Below, one piece after another: positions 17,249-23,415 of a DNA stretch of 23,415 bases. Numbering within the stretch: the stretch's first letter is position 1; every line of letters begins with the position of its first letter. The translations under genes were made by a program, and so were the position numbers. The DNA is taken from contig JAPDJY010000004.1 in assembly GCA_029258835.1 (NCBI GenBank), positions 1 to 23,415 on the forward strand. The letters run 5' to 3'. Under the pieces are notes generated by a model, which saw only the letters and a list, made by a program, of their open reading frames with translations, made no database searches and was not told the DNA's origin. Origin of the DNA: Thermoproteota archaeon (GTDB taxonomy: Archaea; Asgardarchaeota; Jordiarchaeia; Jordiarchaeales; Freyrarchaeaceae).

Positions 17249-18916
17249 TTAAAACTCTGTTTTGGGAACGCATTCCCCATAAACCTCCCTTAGGACGCTG
17301 CACACTTCTCCGACCGTCGCGTACGCTTTAACAGCTTCTATGATCGCTGGCATAAGGTTCTCCTCTCCCTCACCCGCCTTCCTCCTCAGCCTTTCCAGCG
17401 CATCCCTCACTCTCCTGTTGTCCCTCTCTCTCCGCAGCTTCTCTAGGTTTTTCACCGCTTTCTCCTCTACTGAAGGGTCAACCCTGTGTACTGGAACCTT
17501 AACCTCCCCCTCCTCCCTGAACATGTTGACTCCAACTATAACTACTTCCCCCATTTCGACGTCCTTCTGGAAGCTGTACGCTTTCCTAGATATCTCCCTT
17601 TGAATGTACCCTTTTTCTATAGCTGCAACCATGCCCCCCATCTCGTCGATCTTCTCAATGTATTTTTCCGCCTCCTCCTCTATCCTGTCCGTTAAAGCCT
17701 CAACGTAGTATGATCCTCCGAGGGGGTCTATGGTGTCAGGAACCCCTGTTTCGTAAGCTATTATCTGCTGGGTTCTGAGGGCAACCTTAACCGCTTCCTC
17801 GCTTGGCAACGCTAGGGCCTCATCGTAAGAGTTCGTATGGATGGACTGAGCCCCCCCGAGAACTGCTGCCAAAGCTTGAATCGCAACCCTAACTATGTTG
17901 TTGAGAGGCTGCTGGGCTGTCAGGGTTGAGCCCGCCGTTTGAACGTGAAACCTGAGCATCATAGCCCTCTCAGTCTTCGCACCAAACCTCTCCCTCATTA
18001 TCTTAGCCCAAAGCCTCCTTGCAGCCCTGAACTTAGCCACCTCCTCGAAAAAGTTGTTGTGGACGCTGAAGAAAAATGATAGCCTGCCGGCGAACCTGTC
18101 CAAGTCCAGCCCCCTCTCCAGCACTGCTTCAACATAGGCTATCCCGTTGGCTAGGGTGAAGGCGACTTCCTGTACGGCGTCAGCCCCAGCCTCCCTTATG
18201 TGATAGCCTGAGATCGAGATCGGGTTCCAAAGCGGCATGTTCTCGGCGCAGTACTCTATGACGTCCACGGTCAGCTTCATGGATGGCTTAGGAGGAAAAA
18301 TGTACATTCCACGGGCAATGTACTCCTTCAATATGTCGTTCTGAACCGTCCCCCGCAGCTCGGAGGGCTTCACGCCTCTCCTCTCCGCGAGGGCAACGTA
18401 CATTGCCAATATAACCGGCGTGGGAGCGTTGATCGTCATCGAGGTACTCACCTTGTCAAGGGGTATGCCATCGAAGAGAACCTCCATATCCCTCAGCGAG
18501 TCTACGACCACCCCAACCCTTCCAACCTCACCCGCCGCTAGGGGGTGGTCAGAGTCGTACCCCAACTGGGTTGGAAGGTCGAACGCCACGCTAAGCCCCG
18601 TCTGACCCTGGGAGAGAAGGTACTTAAACCTCCTGTTCGTCTCCTCAGCCGTCCCAAAGCCCGCATACTGGCGCATGGTCCAAAGGCGGCCCCTATACAT
18701 CGTCGTGTAGACCCCCCGGGTGAAGGGGTACTCTCCCGGGAACCCGAGCTTCTCCAAGTAGTCTTCCTCGTGGAAGTCGAGGGGGGTGTAAAGCCTCTTC
18801 ACCTCCACCCCTGATGAGGTCTCAAACCTTCCTTTCCTCTCCGGATGCTTGGCTACGGCGTCGCGAACTTTCAACTCCCACTCCTTCACCTTCCCCTCAA
18901 TTCCCCTCCATCTCAT
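17249..18916 (-). CDS. mcmA: Methylmalonyl-CoA mutase, substrate-binding (large) subunit
   Basis: [42 protein letters not shown] and HTNSYDEAL. Tyr in RQY and Arg in IARG indicate methylmalonyl-CoA rather than isobutyryl-CoA specificity. There is no B12 domain (split archaeal type). Confidence 0.95.
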   Translation of the reverse strand: MRWRGIEGKVKEWELKVRDAVAKHPERKGRFETSSGVEVKRLYTPLDFHEEDYLEKLGFPGEYPFTRGVYTTMYRGRLWTMRQYAGFGTAEETNRRFKYLLSQGQTGLSVAFDLPTQLGYDSDHPLAAGEVGRVGVVVDSLRDMEVLFDGIPLDKVSTSMTINAPTPVILAMYVALAERRGVKPSELRGTVQNDILKEYIARGMYIFPPKPSMKLTVDVIEYCAENMPLWNPISISGYHIREAGADAVQEVAFTLANGIAYVEAVLERGLDLDRFAGRLSFFFSVHNNFFEEVAKFRAARRLWAKIMRERFGAKTERAMMLRFHVQTAGSTLTAQQPLNNIVRVAIQALAAVLGGAQSIHTNSYDEALALPSEEAVKVALRTQQIIAYETGVPDTIDPLGGSYYVEALTDRIEEEAEKYIEKIDEMGGMVAAIEKGYIQREISRKAYSFQKDVEMGEVVIVGVNMFREEGEVKVPVHRVDPSVEEKAVKNLEKLRRERDNRRVRDALERLRRKAGEGEENLMPAIIEAVKAYATVGEVCSVLREVYGECVPKTEF

Positions 18917-19281
18917 GCAGGATCCTCCCTTGGAACGAATACAACCCCGTAAACCGGCTTGCCATCATCATCCGCCACTACGTCTACTACAGGCTTAACC
19001 CTCATGCCAACCCTTAAGTTTTCCCCCCGAAGCTGACCGAACCCCCTCACACCGCCGCCGAACTCGACTATGCCGAAGGCGCATTCCCCCCTTCCCCTAA
19101 GCCTTCCCGGGAGGGCACGTAGGATGGTGAACGAAATCAGCCTTCCGCTCTCAACGTCCGGATGATACTCGTCAAAGTCTTTGCCCTTACACCGGATGCA
19201 CCTTGCCCTTGGAAGCTGAACCATCCCACACCTCCTACACTTAAAGTAGGTTAACTCCTTTAAAACGTCCACCCCAATCAC
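18913..19281 (-). CDS. DUF35 Zn-ribbon/OB-fold acyl-CoA-binding scaffold protein
   Basis: CRRCG...[20 protein letters not shown] and LRVGMRVKP. It overlaps both neighbours by 4 nt. Confidence 0.9.
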   Translation of the reverse strand: MIGVDVLKELTYFKCRRCGMVQLPRARCIRCKGKDFDEYHPDVESGRLISFTILRALPGRLRGRGECAFGIVEFGGGVRGFGQLRGENLRVGMRVKPVVDVVADDDGKPVYGVVFVPREDPA

Positions 19282-20435
19282 CTCCTTTGAAGGACGTGGA
19301 CTACTATGCTGTTGCCGAACCCTCCAAAATTGACGGCGAGCCCCGTCTCAGCCCCGTCAACCTGCCTCCTCCCAGCCTCCCCTCTAAGCTGCCAAGTTAA
19401 CTCGACTATTTGAGCTACGCCCGTGGCGCCGAGAGGGTGACCCCTAGCCTTCAACCCCCCGCTAGGGTTTACCGGTATTCTGCCTCCAATCCACGTTTCA
19501 CCTTCCTCAACGGCTTTAGCACCCTTCCCCTTCTCGAAGAGCCCCGCATCCTCCGACTCGACTATCTCTAGGATGGTGAAGGCATCGTGGAGCTCCGCCA
19601 CGTCCACATCCCTCGGGGTGACCCCGGCCATGGCGTAAGCCTTCCCAGCTGCAACCCTTAAAGCGTTCAGCACCGTTGGGTCCTCTCTCTCAGCCACAGA
19701 CTGCACGTCCGTAGCCTGCCCAACCCCCTTAACTAGGACAGGCGTGTCGGTGAACTCTTTAGCCGCATTAGCCGGGCACAGGACGACGGCAGCTGCCCCG
19801 TCGCTGATAGGGCATGTGTCATAGAGGCGTAAGGGATCCGCTATCACCGGCGAACGGAGCACCTCTTCGAGCGTCACCTCCTTCTGAAAGTGGGCGTATG
19901 GGTTTAAGGCCCCGTTCTTGTGGTTTTTAACGGCGACGAGCGATATGGACTCACGCTTAACCCCATACCTTTCCATGTACATCCGCATTAGGAGCCCTCC
20001 AAAGGACGGCAGGGTTGCACCGTACTTGTACTCCCTTTCAGGGTGCGTCAGCGTCGCTATTACGTCAGCAACCCTCCCGGTCGGGGTTGAAGTCATCTTT
20101 TCCCCTCCAGCCACGAGCACCATGTCGTAGAGCCCCGAGGCGACCGCTAGGAACCCCGCCTTGACCGCGGATCCGCCGCTCGCAGGCCCGTTTTCAACCC
20201 TGTCCGCAGCCGATGGTATAAGCCCAACCCTGTCTGCTAAGGCTGCGGCGACGCCGGTGACCATGTTGAACTCTCCGGAGCACATGTTCCCGACGTAGAC
20301 AGCGTCAAAATCCCTTTCACAGGCGCCTGCGTCCGAGATGGCCTTGAGGGATGCTTCAACAAGGAGGTCGACCAGCGACCTTTCACTCCTTCCGAAGCGT
20401 GTCATCCCACAGCCAACCACGGCTACTTCGCGCAT
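19278..20435 (-). CDS. SCP2/archaeal-type thiolase-fold protein lacking the canonical nucleophilic Cys
   Basis: [39 protein letters not shown] and [17 protein letters not shown]. It has VENGPASG in place of VENACASG. Start is 20435 or 20450. Confidence 0.9.
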   Translation of the reverse strand: MREVAVVGCGMTRFGRSERSLVDLLVEASLKAISDAGACERDFDAVYVGNMCSGEFNMVTGVAAALADRVGLIPSAADRVENGPASGGSAVKAGFLAVASGLYDMVLVAGGEKMTSTPTGRVADVIATLTHPEREYKYGATLPSFGGLLMRMYMERYGVKRESISLVAVKNHKNGALNPYAHFQKEVTLEEVLRSPVIADPLRLYDTCPISDGAAAVVLCPANAAKEFTDTPVLVKGVGQATDVQSVAEREDPTVLNALRVAAGKAYAMAGVTPRDVDVAELHDAFTILEIVESEDAGLFEKGKGAKAVEEGETWIGGRIPVNPSGGLKARGHPLGATGVAQIVELTWQLRGEAGRRQVDGAETGLAVNFGGFGNSIVVHVLQRR

Positions 20436-20507
20436 CACACCACCATTCATAGTAGAAAAGGAGCACCGCTTAAAAAAGATGTGTACGTGGCACGGAGGAA
20501 GGCTCGT

Positions 20508-21683
20508 TTACGGCCTCTCTATCAGGACTGCTGTCCCCTGCCCTCCACCGCAGCACATCGTAGCCACACCGTACCTGCCATCCATGAGTTCAAGTATCCT
20601 TGCTAGGGTTCCGGTCAGCCTTGCTCCCGTCATCCCGAGAGGGTGGCCTATGGCTATTGCTCCTCCCTTAACGTTCACCACGTCAGGGTTTAATCCGAGC
20701 TCCCTTATAGCGTAGAGGGTTACCACCGCGAATGCCTCGTTTACCTCCCAGAAGTCTATGTCGCTCACCTTCAACCCTGTCTTCTCCAGCAGTCTCCTTG
20801 AAGCCGGGACGGGTCCCTTACCCATGACGCTTGGGTCCACAGCAGCCCACGCGGCATACCTCAGGTACGCTAATGGCTCTATCCCGTACTCCTTCGCCTT
20901 CTTCTCGCTCATTAGGATCACCGCTCCAGCCCCGGCGTTTAACGGGGAGGAGTTACCAGCGGTTATGACGCCGTCGGGCTTGAATGCTGGGGGTAGGTTA
21001 GCTATCTTCTCCAGCGTGGTGTCCGGCCTGACGCTTTGATCCCTATCTATCACGGTCTTCGTCCCGTCGGCGAGCGTGACCTCAATCGGGACTAACTCGT
21101 CTTTGAAGTATCCTTCATCATAGGCTTTGGCGGCCAGCATGTGGCTTCTAAGCGACCACTCGTCCATTTCCTGCTTGCTTATCCCCGACTCCTCAGCCAG
21201 CTTCTCGGCGGTTAACCCCATGTTGAACGCTACCGTCCAGTCAAACCTTTTCTCCTGCTGCACATATTCTGGGTTAGGCGAGACGTTTGCGCCCATGGGG
21301 ACATGGGTCATGTGCTCGTATCCTCCCGCAACCACGACCTCCGACACGCCCGTCACGATCTCCATTCCACCTATTCCTATGGCTGTCATGGCCGAGCCAC
21401 ACTGCTTTTCGACGCCTAGGGCTGGGGTCTCAATCTCCAACCCTGCTTGGAGGCTTATGAGCCTGCCGCCATAGTTGAACTGCTCACCTGACTGGTTGGC
21501 GCACCCCAGAATGCAGTGGTCTATGTCCTTCTTGTCTATCCCTGAACGCTCGACGAGCTCCCTTATGACTATGGCCATTAACGTGTCCGCACGGACGCTG
21601 TTGAAAACGTCTCTTTCAGGCTGCCTAGGTCGGGACCTAGATATAGGAGACCTGAGGTATCCAGCAATAACTACGTCCCACAT
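20508..21683 (-). CDS. fadA: Acetyl-CoA C-acyltransferase (classical 3-ketoacyl-CoA thiolase)
   Basis: EKQCGSA (nucleophile), TAGNSSP, VNEAF, GHPLG.TG and [11 protein letters not shown] 21683 follows a GGAGG RBS. Confidence 0.92.
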   Translation of the reverse strand: MWDVVIAGYLRSPISRSRPRQPERDVFNSVRADTLMAIVIRELVERSGIDKKDIDHCILGCANQSGEQFNYGGRLISLQAGLEIETPALGVEKQCGSAMTAIGIGGMEIVTGVSEVVVAGGYEHMTHVPMGANVSPNPEYVQQEKRFDWTVAFNMGLTAEKLAEESGISKQEMDEWSLRSHMLAAKAYDEGYFKDELVPIEVTLADGTKTVIDRDQSVRPDTTLEKIANLPPAFKPDGVITAGNSSPLNAGAGAVILMSEKKAKEYGIEPLAYLRYAAWAAVDPSVMGKGPVPASRRLLEKTGLKVSDIDFWEVNEAFAVVTLYAIRELGLNPDVVNVKGGAIAIGHPLGMTGARLTGTLARILELMDGRYGVATMCCGGGQGTAVLIERP

Positions 21684-21874
21684 GCTTATCCCTCCGAACA
21701 TACCCGGCAAACCTACACTTCAACCCGTAATAACTCTTTCGAAGGAAGCCGCTTGCACTTAAGCCGTTAATGGTGAAGGCGGCTGGGCGCTGACCCACCG
21801 GAAGCTGCCGGATCCCTTACCAGAGGCAGCGAAAATTAGAAATTAAAATGTTCCATGGTGTTTAGCTGGTGACT

Positions 21875-22497
21875 ATGACCGAGATGTACGCTGTCTTGAA
21901 GGATAAGTCTGCTCTTGGAGCGGCGATTAGGAGAGTGGACGTTCCGGGGATTGGAAGCGGCAACGTGCTAGTTAAGGTTGAGAGGGCGGCGATATGCGGC
22001 GCAGACCTACACATCTTCAACTGGGACGTGGTGGCAAGCTTCATAGGAGGATCCCTCTCATATTTGGACATGAGTTTTCCGGCGTGGGGAGGGAGAGACC
22101 GCTACAAAGGCGGATATAGGCGACTCTGCTTCGGGGAACCCGCATAGCGGATGGGGGATGCTATCAGTGTAGAACGGGGAGGATGCACATATGCAGAAAC
22201 CTTAAAATTCTAGGTGTTGACGTGGACGGAGCCTTCGCCGAGTACGTTGCAGTGCCCGAGCTAAACGCGTGGAAGAATGATAAGAGCTTAAACCCGCGTA
22301 TAGCAGCCTTACAGGAGCCCTGGGGTGCGCGGTCCACGCCATATATCCAAGGGATCACGTAGCCTGTAGCGGGTAAAACCGTGCTGGTCACGGGATGCGG
22401 GCCGATAGGGCTGATGGGCATAGCCGTCCTGAAGTCCGCCGCCGAGAGGGTTTTCGCAGCCGAGGTTTCAGGGTATCGGTTGAAAGAGGATCGCTAG
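21875..22497 (+). pseudogene. tdh: L-threonine 3-dehydrogenase-like Zn alcohol dehydrogenase, multiple frameshifts, 3'-truncated
   Basis: AAICGADLHIFNWD / IFGHEFSG / [36 protein letters not shown]...QEPWG / VLVTGCGPIGLM in changing frames with internal stops. Confidence 0.85.
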
Positions 22498-22534
22498 AGC
22501 TGAGATAAGAAGGCTGAGGGCTAAAGGTCTCTAC

Positions 22535-22975
22535 GTGCCTCCCTCCGATGTGAGGCTTACCCTTCCGCTCCATGAAGTTTCGGTTTTATCTGAGGTTAAG
22601 GTAGAAGACATTATGACGAAAAAGGTGATAACCGTTAAGCCTGAAATGAAAGTCTCGAATCTACTAGATACTATGGTGAAGTATCATCACATGGGATATC
22701 CTGTAACGGACGAGAAAGGAAACTTAATCGGTATGGTGACCTTCGAAGATCTAATGGGAGTGCCAAAGGAAAGGAGGGATAAAGTCACAGTAAAAGAGAT
22801 CGCGAAGAAAAATCTGATTCTAACTTACCCTGGCGAGTCAGTTTTAGACGCTCTAAAGAAAATGGAACAATATGATATAGGAAGGCTACCAGTAGTTGAC
22901 CCCGAAAACCATAAGTTTCTTCTCGGAGTTATAACGAGAAGCGATGTATTGCATGCCCTCGGAAGGTTTATCTAA
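22535..22975 (+). CDS. CBS-pair (Bateman) domain ORF, possibly the C-terminal fragment of a larger protein
   Basis: VEDIMTKKVITV, GYPVTD..GNLIGMVT and IGRLPVVD...GVITRSD. The frame stays open back to 22484 and has no convincing RBS. Confidence 0.75.
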   Translation: MPPSDVRLTLPLHEVSVLSEVKVEDIMTKKVITVKPEMKVSNLLDTMVKYHHMGYPVTDEKGNLIGMVTFEDLMGVPKERRDKVTVKEIAKKNLILTYPGESVLDALKKMEQYDIGRLPVVDPENHKFLLGVITRSDVLHALGRFI

Positions 22976-23003
22976 AGTGCTTGGCAGAGTTCGGTTCATC
23001 CAT

Positions 23004-23342
23004 TCACTCTGATATGTATGGAATAAGACAGATAATCCTGAGTATATCTGTACCAGTATTTCGGAACTGATGTAGCTCATTAGCTGAGATAAAGACGACG
23101 GAGCCCTTAGATATTTGGTATTCACCGTCCTCGCCGACAACAACTCCCTCCCCCTCCAAGACGAAGATTTCATGTTCCCATGGGTGGTTATGTAGGGGGC
23201 TGAATCCTCCGGGCTCAACTTCAAAGAGCCTCATTGCAAAGTTTTCTGCTCCTGTTTCCTTTGTTATTAACCACCTAATCTTTATTTTCTCTCCACCTTC
23301 AGGTTTTTCAGCTTTAACTTCACGATAATTATAGACCTTCAT
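23004..23342 (-). CDS. Cupin-domain protein (TM1459-like metal cupin)
   Basis: NFAMRLFEVEPGG.SPLHNHPWEHEIFVLEGEG...ELHQF, with a GGAGG RBS. Confidence 0.92.
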   Translation of the reverse strand: MKVYNYREVKAEKPEGGEKIKIRWLITKETGAENFAMRLFEVEPGGFSPLHNHPWEHEIFVLEGEGVVVGEDGEYQISKGSVVFISANELHQFRNTGTDILRIICLIPYISE

Positions 23343-23415
23343 TTAACCGTCCTCCATGCGTCTCTACTGTTTGCTTAACGTTGAATAAAAGTTTTTACGT
23401 GAAGTTTATTAAGTT

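Noticed and set aside
17249-18916. Isobutyryl-CoA or other variant acyl-CoA mutase
   Set aside because: Specificity residues are Tyr (RQYAG) and Arg (YIARG), as in methylmalonyl-CoA mutase.

Overview
Archaeal window (GGAGG/GGTGA ribosome-binding sites, T-rich terminators, tungsten AORs, VapBC, V4R proteins), probably from an anaerobic heterotroph. An Asgard (Jordarchaeia/Freyarchaeia-like) or Bathyarchaeia-like origin is a guess I cannot prove from this window. Intact genes: a canonical aldehyde:ferredoxin oxidoreductase coupled to a class II aldolase, a YbjN-like protein, a saccharopine-dehydrogenase-family enzyme, a secreted membrane-anchored M23/LytM-fold protein, VapBC, a sirtuin, a polytopic membrane protein, a crotonase, two tandem V4R proteins, a thiolase / Cys-less thiolase / DUF35 / methylmalonyl-CoA mutase operon, a CBS-pair ORF and a cupin. 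Between them are many decayed genes: a divergent AOR split by one missing G, an MFS stub, a corrinoid protein, an FAD oxidoreductase and a threonine dehydrogenase-like gene. There are also at least three HEPN/MNT toxin-antitoxin remnants that the ORF track misses. The most interesting observations are the Cys-less thiolase + DUF35 + mutase operon, a 69-nt block that is identical between otherwise diverged V4R paralogs, the M23-like surface protein with a remodelled metal site and unusual C-terminal anchor, and the AOR-aldolase pair.
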